Below the pieces are notes generated by a model that did no database searches, was not told the origin of the DNA, and was given only the letters and a program-made list of their open reading frames with translations. Position numbers and translations under genes: made by a program. From the IMG/VR virus record IMGVR_UViG_3300012983_000036, positions 1 through 64,000 of that record: a stretch of DNA of 64,000 nucleotides; one strand, written 5' to 3'. Positions 20,341 through 30,150 of this stretch are shown one piece after another. This DNA is from a virus. Taxonomy: Duplodnaviria > Caudoviricetes. Every line of letters begins with the position of its first letter. The first letter of the stretch is position 1.

Positions 20341-20369
20341 TTTACAAATTCTACCAGATGTGTTATAAT
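20341..20369 (+). promoter_or_regulatory. SigA-type promoter
   Basis: TTTACA-17-TATAAT after terminator aaaacctgtgta/tacacaggtttt. Confidence 0.75.
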
Positions 20370-20437
20370 ATGGATGTAACAAAGAGAAGAAGTTACAAAG
20401 AGAGAAAGAAAAAATAAAATAAGAGAGGTTACATATT

Positions 20438-21340
20438 ATGAAAACTTATGAAACAATTAAAAATTTGGTAGATGGTTGTGAACTTACCTTAGAGTCTTTC
20501 AATCAAGAATATGATAAAGTAGAAGCTGAAATAGCTGACGTACTTATTAAAAGCGTAAAAAATAAAAAAATCATTTCTACGCACGACTGTGGTGACGGCA
20601 TAGTAACTGAAGCTACTGGTACAACAATAGATAACATTATAATTACTATAGCTTTTCAGAGTGGCATTACCAAACGCTTTTCACTTAATCATATTATTAC
20701 AAACGGTCGCTTTAATAGATTTGCAGACCCTGAAGTTATAGATACTTATAATAAAGTTTATTCTTTACATACTGAATTAACAAAACAGAAAAAAGATTTT
20801 GCTGAGTCTGCCAGACAGCTCCAGAAAGCTGCAATGCAAAAAGCAGAAGCTGAAAAGAAAGCAGCCGAAAGATATGAAGCTCTTAAAACAAAGTCTATAA
20901 GAGACTTTGACGCAATGTCAAAACGTGCACAGGCTTCTTTAACTCAGGATGATGACTTCTACTTTGCTCTTGGTTGGTTAGCCGCACACGTTGGTTCAGT
21001 AACCGCCGCTCTTCCTGATTATCTTGAACCTGCTTTTGTTAGACATTTTGGTACTGATCACAATGCAAGAGTTGTAGACTCTAAAAAGAGAACCTGCAAC
21101 GGTAATTCAATGCAGTGGACATTTGGTTTCAAAGCAACACTTCGTAAGGTTGATAACATTCCATCTTTCTTAAGTCAGTATCTCAGCTCTACTGGAAAAG
21201 CTATTGCTAATACTTCTTTCATTTGGGATTTGGTAGACAACTACGGTTTTAAGTTTAGCAAGACCCAAGACCTTGAACAGATCAAGAGATGTATACCTAA
21301 TCAGTACCTTGTAATTTTCGAAGAAGGCCTCACAGCTTAA
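20438..21340 (+). CDS. Hypothetical protein with central coiled coil
   Basis: 300-aa ORF, GAGG RBS, followed by hairpin aaagtgcacgga/tccgtgcacttt. Confidence 0.75.
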   Translation: MKTYETIKNLVDGCELTLESFNQEYDKVEAEIADVLIKSVKNKKIISTHDCGDGIVTEATGTTIDNIIITIAFQSGITKRFSLNHIITNGRFNRFADPEVIDTYNKVYSLHTELTKQKKDFAESARQLQKAAMQKAEAEKKAAERYEALKTKSIRDFDAMSKRAQASLTQDDDFYFALGWLAAHVGSVTAALPDYLEPAFVRHFGTDHNARVVDSKKRTCNGNSMQWTFGFKATLRKVDNIPSFLSQYLSSTGKAIANTSFIWDLVDNYGFKFSKTQDLEQIKRCIPNQYLVIFEEGLTA

Positions 21341-21454
21341 ATACATAACTAAAAGTGCACGGAAATTTTTGGCAACTCCGTGCACTTTATCTGTTTACTT
21401 TTGAATTAAAATATGATATAATATAAACATAAACTAACAGAGAGGAAGACAATT

Positions 21455-24400
21455 ATGACAAAAGCAGAATTTGAAAATATGACATTAGATGAGGTTCTTG
21501 AATATGCAAATGAAAATGTAAATGACCTTACTACAGAAGATATGTTACTTGAGTTTGCAAAAACTAAAATTGATGATGACAATATCTATATGTCAATACA
21601 CGTTCTCAGAGCTGTTTGGGAAAGTGGTGAAGCCTATAATGATTACTATCTATATGATTACAGTATGGGTACTTGTGAAACCCCAACACCTGTTACTTGT
21701 AAAGAAGACCTTGAAGACTATATAGATTTTGAAGACGAAGATTGAGGAGGCTATATAAAATGGGTAACGTTAATTATAAATATAACATAGGTGACACAGT
21801 ACAGTTTAAGAATAAGTTTCATCCTACTGCTTCTTGCGGACTTACAACACTCGCAGGCAGGATTGTAAAGGTTGTGGATCAGCGATACTATGGTAAACCT
21901 TGTTATAAGTTTGAAGGTCTTGAAGATGATGGTTGGTTTACAGAAGGTTGTGTTACACCTGTTACTTCTAATCCTTATGTTGTTTTTGTAGGTGATACTA
22001 AAGATGACTTGTATCCTTACTTATCCGCCCCTACTAAAAAGACTGCAGTGGAAAAAGCTAAAGAACTTACTGCTAAGTACTGTTGTGTTGAGGCGGCTTA
22101 TATGCCTGAAGATAACGTAGATGTAAATAAGATTGTCTATACAAACTGTGCAAGGAGGAACTAATATGGAAACTAGAAAAAATACTAACAAACTTCTTGA
22201 GCTAATAGAAGACGACATGATCTCTGCTAAAGATGTCGTGACCATGTGTCTTAAGTGGATGTCTGAAGATGATGTCGAAGAGATGTGCAAAGCAAATGAA
22301 GTCTTTCTTGACGAAATTTAACCATACAATAATACTTAATAAATACATATAAATAAACCGACATACTTTGTGCAGTATGTCGGTTTACATTTTTTACCGA
22401 ATGCGATATAATATAAATAGAAAGATAAACAGGAGTTAAAATTTTTGGAGGATTTAATATATGAATGATACATTAAAAGTTACACGCACAAATGAGAAAC
22501 GTGAAACTCTGGGTGCTTGGTGGGGAGTTAATGTTAAAGTGAATTACTATTGGGATAACCATGGTAAACTCATAGACTGGAATGAACACGTAGAAGCTCC
22601 TACTTCTTGGACCGATGCTATGGCAACAATTGAAGTTTATTCTTTTACTGAATGCTTAATCAATAATACTCATGATTTTAGAGTGGTTCGGTTGCACGTA
22701 GATAATAAGTTAGTTCCGGGAGAGCTTGTTAACTGCATAGCTAAGGTTGATGGTAATGGTAAAGTTACTCTTCATTGTAAAGTAGTAGCTGGTTGGGGCT
22801 AAATAAAAAAATAAATTTTTATAAAAACTATTTACAAATTTTGCCGAATGTGATATAATATAAACATAGAATAACTTAGAGAAATGAGGATTTTATTATG
22901 ATGACAACAGAAGAAAAAATTATTATGTTTAAAGAGAAAAGAGAGTTCATTAAAAACTTGAGTAAAGCTTTTGAAGTGCACCCTAACGGTACTACGGTAG
23001 TTTCTGTAGACTATGAAGTTTATAAACGTGATGCTGAAAACGGTAAGATTTATTATAGAGAATATCTTATTGTTACCTTTAATGGCGGTGCAATCTCTAC
23101 TAAAAACGTGAGTGGCAATAGCAATACTGCAAACCTTAGAGCCCTTGGAACTATGGTTGACGGTGGCTATTATGATGAAGTATTGGATTATGAACTTACT
23201 AAGGAAATGAGTGAATATATCGATCTCACAAGAGACGATGCGGTTACACTCGATATGCTTTTAAGTAAACCTATTCAGCATATTTCTGATTTACGTAGAT
23301 GCTTCAACCTTTGCAGAAATGAAGATGACGTAAATAAAGTTCTTGATGCAACACCCACGGCTTTTGGTCAGATTTGTGTTGTCTATCCTGATGACAGTTC
23401 TTTTACTGTTTCTATGGAAGATGATATTGTAGAACACTTTGATTTCTTTATTTAAGTGAGGAGGAAATAGTATGAAATTTTATATTGGTACAGATAATGG
23501 CTCAGGTCAGAAGTTTGATAATAAAGCAGAGTTTCTTACAGCACTCGTACTTATGATCGAAGATTGTGAAGCAAACGGCGGAACTCAGTTTGACGTAACT
23601 GTCGATGCTGATGCAAGTTGCTTTGACCCAGATATAGCAGAAGAAATAGATATTGATGTAACTTATCATGACTGTTCTGCTGATGAACTCAGAGAAATGG
23701 GTGTGCTTGGTGCATCAGATGATGACTTTGCTTTTACTGACACTATTCTAATGAAGCGTGAGCAGTGTGTTCATGGTATGCCGGGTGAGGATGATAGTGA
23801 CTTCTTCTGTAAGTATCTTAATCGCAATGTAACCGGCTGTGACTGTTATAACTGTAACTGTTGGCTTGATGAAGTGAAGGGAGAATAACTATGACTGAGA
23901 TGATTAAAATAAGAATGCTTGCGATGATCGACCGTGAGCTTGAAGATGTTAAAGGTAACATTACTAATAATGAAGTTTGGAAGCAGGGTAGTACTACCGA
24001 AGAGGAAGCACAGATGTTCGACGAGAATATCACTGACCTCGAGGTATACACAGAAATGCTTCTTGAACTCAGAGAGAATGTAGAGAAGGGAGAAGCTTCT
24101 GTATGGTAAACAAAGAAGATAAGTATCCTATCAGAGACGACTGGGAAAAGTATTATAAGTTTCTTGAAGCACTTCGTAGAACCGGCGTGTGCAACATGTG
24201 GGGTGCATCTATTTACTTAGTAGAAGCTTTTAAACTTTCAGAAAAAGAAGCTTCCGACATTCTCTGCAACTGGATCGAGAACTATGATAAGCTGGCTGAG
24301 AAGTATGACTGGTTTAACGACCGGTTGAAAACTGAATGAAAAAAAATTTAAAAATTTTTCAAAAAGCTATTTACAAATATGGTAAATCATGTTATAATAT

Positions 24401-25346
24401 AAATGTAAGTTAGTGAGAGACAACTTATAAAATACATATTATAAAGGATGTTACATATGTTAAAATCAGAAAAAATTATTCTTTCTATTCTTAAAGGTTT
24501 AATCATAATCTTATGCCTTGGTGGTGCCTTTGCAATCTATGGTTCTGTGGGTGCTTGTGAGCAAAATCATATTACTATATTACAATGTCTTGTTCAGTCT
24601 GTACTCTCAGGTCTTGTAATTGCTTTCGCCTTTGTTCTCTTTGGTGTAAGAGAATATCTTAAAGAAAAATGTTTAAATAGAATTGAATCTAAAAAAGAAA
24701 TGGTTAGGAGGTAACTCTAATGTTAGAACAGTTAACAGCTTGGATAGCTGACTTAAAAAAGAAAGCAGAAAATGATGAAGACGGGATATTCTATTTTCCT
24801 AACACTAAACCTTATGCGTTTAACATCGTAGGGGGTTGGAGTGATGGTTTCTCAGAAGGATTTAACGACCTTCTTCATATCAGTAAAAGCAATCCGTCTT
24901 ATGCTATGAGTATTAAAATAGTCTGTAACGAAGCAGACCCTGATGTAAACTTTGATAACCTTGTAGAGCCTTGGGATGTTAATGAAGAGGAACCTGCAGG
25001 CCCTTGTGTTGCTATTGAACTCGAAGATGACCCTGCCCAGCTTGCTGAGTTTATTCTTTGTGAGTGGGAAAGAATTCAAAAAGAGTTCTCAGATCAGGAA
25101 TCAAATCAGTAAAGTTACATATAATATATAGAGGGAGTGATTTAAATGGCATTTGGTGCATACTATGGTCCATTAGAAACTTGGAAGGTTGTTTATAACC
25201 CGCCAGTAGGAACTGACTTAGCTCGAAGCGGTGGATGTGGAGTTGCTTTAATAGAAGCAGACTGTCGTCAGCAGGCTCTGCATAATTTTCAGGAGCAGTA
25301 CAGAGGTCAGTACACTACAGTCGCAAGTTGTACTAAACTTTTCTAA
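21455..25346 (+). other. Cluster of short early hypothetical ORFs, each unit with its own SigA-type promoter (21394, 22384, 22831, 24370)
   Basis: ORFs 21455, 21760, 22166, 22461, 22898, 23472, 23891, 24103, 24448 (two TM segments), 24720, 25146; RBSs present. Confidence 0.7.
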
Positions 25347-25439
25347 GTTCATAAATAAGAGTAGGGAGCAGGGTAATAATCCTGCTCTTGAATTTTTTTT
25401 ATAAAAGTATTAAATTTTAAAAGCTAGTACTGTATAATA

Positions 25440-25650
25440 TAGTACAGGTCATCACCCCCTCCGACCTGTTTGTATATAGGGATAGCAGGTTTTATATTTG
25501 TTTTTTTTTTCATAAAAATTCCTCCCTTTATAATACATTTGTTTTTGTTTGCGTAGACAATTTTGTTTGAAAGTTATAAATGTTTTTACCTCCCTTTTCT
25601 TTCATTTTAACTAAAAATTTTATACCTGCTATCCCTATTAATTTTAATTA
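25440..25650 (+). ncRNA. Candidate anti-RBS small RNA 2
   Basis: After CTGTATAATA; 5' hairpin acaggtc/gacctgt with CCCTCC loop; 15-bp stem 25476-25490/25624-25638 enclosing two further CCTCCC motifs; no + strand ORF. Confidence 0.55.
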
Positions 25651-25689
25651 ATATGTTAAATTACAAATAGTTTTATTGTATTATATAAT

Positions 25690-25833
25690 ATAAAAAGAAA
25701 ATAAAACATCTTTCATTTTCAAGTCCTCCTTTGACAATGATTTTCACCTCCCTCCTTTCTCTCTTGGATGTTTTCTTTCCTCCTATTTTCTTTTTATCTG
25801 AAGCTACGTGTTATGCGTAGCTTCTTCTTTTTT
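25690..25833 (+). ncRNA. Candidate anti-RBS small RNA 3
   Basis: After TTGTATTATA; 14-bp stem 25690-25703/25784-25797, inner stem aaaacatc/gatgtttt, four CCTCC motifs, terminator gaagctacg/cgtagcttc plus T tract. Confidence 0.6.
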
Positions 25834-25907
25834 CTAAAAATTGTTAAACCAAGTAAGTTTGTACTGTATAATATATAGGAAACAAAATAATATAGGAGGT
25901 AATTAAG

Positions 25908-27498
25908 ATGAGTAAGTATGTAAGATATTACAACACCCGACAGGATGCTTATCGTACTCTTGCTACTATGTGGGCAAACTGGATGAAAACTGCTCAGCCT
26001 GCACCTGCAGAGCTTGAAGGCGTTTCTAAGTTCTTTACACACATTGGTAAGAGATTCGGACTTATCAGCGAGTTTAAGAAGCTTGGTATTATTTAAAAAT
26101 TAAAGAGTAAGATAAATTAACCATAAGCAAAAGGCCTATGGTTAATTTTTATATCTAACAAATTTACCAGAATAAATAACTAAATATTGGTAAGATTGAC
26201 TATTTAATTTTATTTTAAAATATGATATAATATTTATATAAAATAATTTAGGAGGAAGCTATGTTAAAAATTGTTTTTGAATACCGTGACCAATATACAA
26301 ATGGTCGCTGGAATCAGCAATGCTGTAGCGTGTCTTCAATAGAAGAATGTAAGAGAATCTACGGCCTTGGTAAAGACTGTGATTATAAGATTATTTCTGT
26401 AGAAAAAATTGAGGAGGATTAACTATGCTTGACAACTTTGATACGATGCTGCAGTGTGAGGATCTCGATATGCTCTTAGACGCAATCGATTTCAATGACC
26501 AGTTTGAAGACCCAAGATATATCTATGAAGAATAAGGAGGTTACATATGAAATACTATCTTTTAGAATCTAGCCACTGGAATGATCAGCTTGAGTTTAAA
26601 TCTGAATTAGACCTAAGCGAAGGACAGTGCTTCAGGATTAAAAAACATGATAGTTCTAGACTTTATCCTACTCGGTTTAAAGTACTGGAAGTTTCGGATA
26701 CACCCAAGTATTCCGGTACGTTAGTAGAGATACTTGAGGTTAATACTGACGTAGAACCATTTTAAATTGAGGAGGTTAAATCATTAATGACTATAAATCT
26801 TACATTAGATGATAAATGTTATACCTATTATTTAGTTGAGAATCTGGATACTTTAAACCAGCTGCTCGAAGATCCTGAAGTCTCTCATGCTGATATGATG
26901 AAAGCTGTTGCAGACATTATACGTCCGGCAGACTACTATTATAGAGCAAAGCCAAGATTCTATGGTTACATACTTAATACTAAAAATAAAGAGGATCTGT
27001 ACATGCTCTGTATGAATGCTATTAGCAAAGCAGAGAGATTTGTTGCTTAATTTGAAATAAGGGAGGAATTAACTAATGTCTATTACACCTATGGAACCTC
27101 AGAAGGCTGTCGCAGTTGAATGTCTTGAAAAACTTAATATCTATAAACCCTATATCCGGAAGTTTAAATCTAAAGCTGGTATCCCATGTTTCTTTGAGAA
27201 CTATGCTGGCTTCTATGCTGACCAGGAAGAGAAACTCTGGAATAAGATTAAAGAAGTAGAACAGCAGTCTGGATGTCTAGTCTATGCTATTACTCATGAG
27301 CTTACTGATATAGGTCAGACCTGGTCTATGCTTTGCGTGCCGAAAGATATAAGTGATGTCGGGAAAGTGCTCTCAGAAAAAGGTGCAACACAGTTCTATG
27401 CCTTTGCTTATGTGTGGAATGAAACTACTCCTTACTTCTCTGAATTCGGTGATGTCGTAATCAGTTTTTCTTTCGGTGGTATAAAAAGACTTTTCTAA
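25908..27498 (+). other. Short hypothetical ORFs (25908, 26261-26422, 26425-26535, 26547, 26787, 27076)
   Basis: All with GGAGG RBS; 26261 (53 aa) and 26425 (36 aa) read manually, absent from the ORF track. Confidence 0.65.
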
Positions 27499-27607
27499 TT
27501 AAACTATTATTTACGCCAATATAATAATATGCTAAATTAACTGTACGAGAAATTGTACAGTTAATTTTTTATATAAATAATATTAATAAGAAAGTAGGTT
27601 AGACCTG

Positions 27608-28048
27608 ATGAAGAAAAGTGAACTTAGAGAAATGATCAGAGACATTCTTAAAGAGGAAATGTCTAAGATGAGCTCTCTTACTGAATCACCTGTTCTAGAT
27701 CGTGCTCCAGTAGAACGTAATTCTGTAAAACCTGTAGAAGCTGGTTCTTATGTAGATGTAGCAACAGACCTTTATAACGATGCTAGTTTTATGGATACAG
27801 TCTATGGCGAAGGTACTGTTTACAGTGATGAAGTGGCAGAGCTTATTGAAGCAGCAGTAGACACTGCTTATCCTAATCTTAATCCTTCTGATCGTCAGAA
27901 AGCTATTACTGAAATTACTGCAGAGTTAGCAAAGCTTACAGATGTATACAGTGATGAGTTCCTTCCTGACTATTCCGGAACAAGCGATGATGCGATCATT
28001 AGACAGATTAAGAAAGACTATTTCGACGAGTACGGAGATCAGTATTAA
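27608..28048 (+). CDS. Acidic protein with leader (MKKSELREMIRDILKEE..LTES)
   Basis: GCTAAATTA at 27531; leader resembles prohead-processed proteins of large phages. Confidence 0.7.
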   Translation: MKKSELREMIRDILKEEMSKMSSLTESPVLDRAPVERNSVKPVEAGSYVDVATDLYNDASFMDTVYGEGTVYSDEVAELIEAAVDTAYPNLNPSDRQKAITEITAELAKLTDVYSDEFLPDYSGTSDDAIIRQIKKDYFDEYGDQY

Positions 28049-28079
28049 TAGTTAGTCTTACATATGAAAGGCATACGAG

Positions 28080-28214
28080 ATGAAACATAAGTATTGGATA
28101 GTGATTCTAGTATGTGGCGTGATCCTACCACTCCTGCATCCTAAGATTCGTTCTAGGATTATAGACGGTATAGGAAAACAACTAACTGGAATTGACTTCA
28201 CTAAGTATAATTAA
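28080..28214 (+). CDS. Small 44-aa membrane protein
   Basis: Manual translation MKHKYWIVILVCGVILPLLHPKIRSRIIDGIGKQLTGIDFTKYN; GAAAGG upstream; terminator follows. Confidence 0.5.
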   Translation: MKHKYWIVILVCGVILPLLHPKIRSRIIDGIGKQLTGIDFTKYN

Positions 28215-28219
28215 CTTTT

Positions 28220-28250
28220 AGGATCCGGCAGAACCGGATCCTTTTTATTT
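28220..28250 (+). terminator. Rho-independent terminator
   Basis: aggatccgg-cagaa-ccggatcct plus T run. Confidence 0.8.
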
Positions 28251-28321
28251 ATTTCTAAAACTAATCTCAGAGATACTGTATAATATAAAGTAATTTTATA
28301 TTCCTGTAAAGGAGACATGTG

Positions 28322-29137
28322 ATGAAACCTATAATTAAGTGGCCGGGTGGGAAGACCCAGCTATTAAATAAGATAAGAGAAAGACTTCCTCAGAAGTTTA
28401 ATACTTACTACGAACCTTTCTGCGGCGGTGCTGCGGTTCTGCTGGATATAAATCCCACTGAAGCAGTACTCAATGACATTAATCCGGAACTTATTAATAT
28501 GTACCTTCAGGTAAAGTATCAACCAGAGAAAGTCATTAAGTTCTTAACTACTTATGATAATCAACATGAAGTCTGGTCAGAACCGAAGGATTACTACTAT
28601 GAAGTACGAAGATACTTTAACGAAGAGCTTGGTACAGATACAGCACAACAAGCCGCACGATTTATCTATCTAAACAAACACTGTTTTAATGGACTGTACA
28701 GAGTCAATAAGAAAGGCGAGTTTAATGTTCCCTTTAACGGAAAGCTTTCTGGTTGGTCAGCGGATCCGGATCATCTACGTGAACTTTCTAGTAGACTTCA
28801 GTCAGTACATATCTCATGCGGTGATTATGTAGACGCAGTAAAGAATGCTGGTAAAGAAGACTTTGTATTCTTCGATAGTCCATATGTGCCAATCACTCCT
28901 ACTTCTTTTACTGACTACACTAAAGAAGGATTCAGTCATGATGATCATGTGCGGCTTTCGAATCTGTTTAAAGAACTAGATAGTCGAGGATGTTACTGTA
29001 TGCTTACTAATCATGACACTCCTCTGATCCGTGAACTATATAAAGACTATAAGATAGAAACAGTATATGTTAGAAGAAGTATTAACCGAAACGGTTCTGG
29101 TCGAACCGGTACTGAAGTTATTATTACTAACTACTAA
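28322..29137 (+). CDS. dam: Dam-family (D12 class) DNA adenine methyltransferase
   Basis: IKWPGGK, YYEPFCGG, NDIN, FNGLYRVNKKGEFNVPF, FDSPY (DPPY variant). Confidence 0.9.
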   Translation: MKPIIKWPGGKTQLLNKIRERLPQKFNTYYEPFCGGAAVLLDINPTEAVLNDINPELINMYLQVKYQPEKVIKFLTTYDNQHEVWSEPKDYYYEVRRYFNEELGTDTAQQAARFIYLNKHCFNGLYRVNKKGEFNVPFNGKLSGWSADPDHLRELSSRLQSVHISCGDYVDAVKNAGKEDFVFFDSPYVPITPTSFTDYTKEGFSHDDHVRLSNLFKELDSRGCYCMLTNHDTPLIRELYKDYKIETVYVRRSINRNGSGRTGTEVIITNY

Positions 29138-29570
29138 GGAGTCAGGATTTATGATCTGTAACAGATGTAATAACATAGTGTGTAAAGCTTACCAAGGTAC
29201 CTGTAGAAAGTATAGGTTACTAAAGCTTATTACTTTTGGACTATATAGAAAAGGATGAGGAGATAGTTATGATGAATAACAAGACTGAACAAGTAACTGA
29301 ATTAGCTAGAGCTATAGGTAACTATAATATCCAAGACGGCCGTAAGTATGCCTTACTTGCTAGTTATCTATATGATGAAGGATACAGAAGAGTACCAGAA
29401 GCTACTAGAACTTTACATGTAGGATCTAGACATATTTGTTCTAACTGTGGTGAACTAGCGTGCATGGAAAACTACTGTTCTAAGTGCGGAGCAAAGGTTA
29501 TTAAGGAGTCTCAGTACGAGAAGTAATGAGAGTATATAATAGTGTAATCTTAAAATAACATATTAAATTT

Positions 29571-29604
29571 AAACTCTACTAATTGTATTATATTAGTAGA
29601 GTTT
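29571..29604 (+). promoter_or_regulatory. Hairpin with TGTATTAT promoter motif in the loop
   Basis: aaactctactaat-tgtattat-attagtagagttt; analogous elements at 32225, 35918, 42837, 49981. Confidence 0.65.
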
Positions 29605-29628
29605 TATTTTTTTATAGGAGATGAAATA

Positions 29629-30132
29629 ATGACAAGAACAAAGTTAAAGGATGAAGTAGCAAATCTCGGTCGCGATCCTAAGGATTACTGCTATGACTTT
29701 AATGCTCAGAATGCGTATAGAATTGAACATACTAAGTTAGGTTCTTATGCTTATATTTTAATTAACGATAAGAAATACGGTAAAGAGGTAAAAGTAGATT
29801 TAGCTGATTTCTATACACTTAGACTTTATAGCTATCGCTGGTCTCGTAGTAACTCAGATCCCAGAATGGATTACCCACATACTAATATTCCAGATAGTGC
29901 CGGAGAAAAAGTCAATCTTCAGCTACATAAACTTATCATGGGAATAGTTCCAGGTAAGGTTATAGATCATAATGACGGTGATCATTATAATGCTAGTAGA
30001 AGTAATCTTAATCACGTAACTATCGCACAGAATAATCAGAATCGACATTATAGTTCTAAATATACAAAAAAGAATAATACTAACATGGTTCGTTATATAC
30101 CTCTGTATTCGTTAGATATTGTAGTAAACTAA
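29629..30132 (+). CDS. HNH endonuclease
   Basis: LHKLIMG...VIDHNDGDHYNASRSNL..VT..QN. Confidence 0.8.
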   Translation: MTRTKLKDEVANLGRDPKDYCYDFNAQNAYRIEHTKLGSYAYILINDKKYGKEVKVDLADFYTLRLYSYRWSRSNSDPRMDYPHTNIPDSAGEKVNLQLHKLIMGIVPGKVIDHNDGDHYNASRSNLNHVTIAQNNQNRHYSSKYTKKNNTNMVRYIPLYSLDIVVN

Positions 30133-30150
30133 AGGTAGGAGGTAATATGT

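Noticed and set aside
25424-25513. - strand 29-aa mini-ORF (MKKKTNIKPAIPIYKQVGGGDDLYYIIQY) with good SD
   Set aside because: No - strand promoter seen, the window is otherwise + strand, and equivalent SD-ATG images at 25716 and 10435 give only 11 and 3 codons. Kept as the alternative to the sRNA model, not called as a gene
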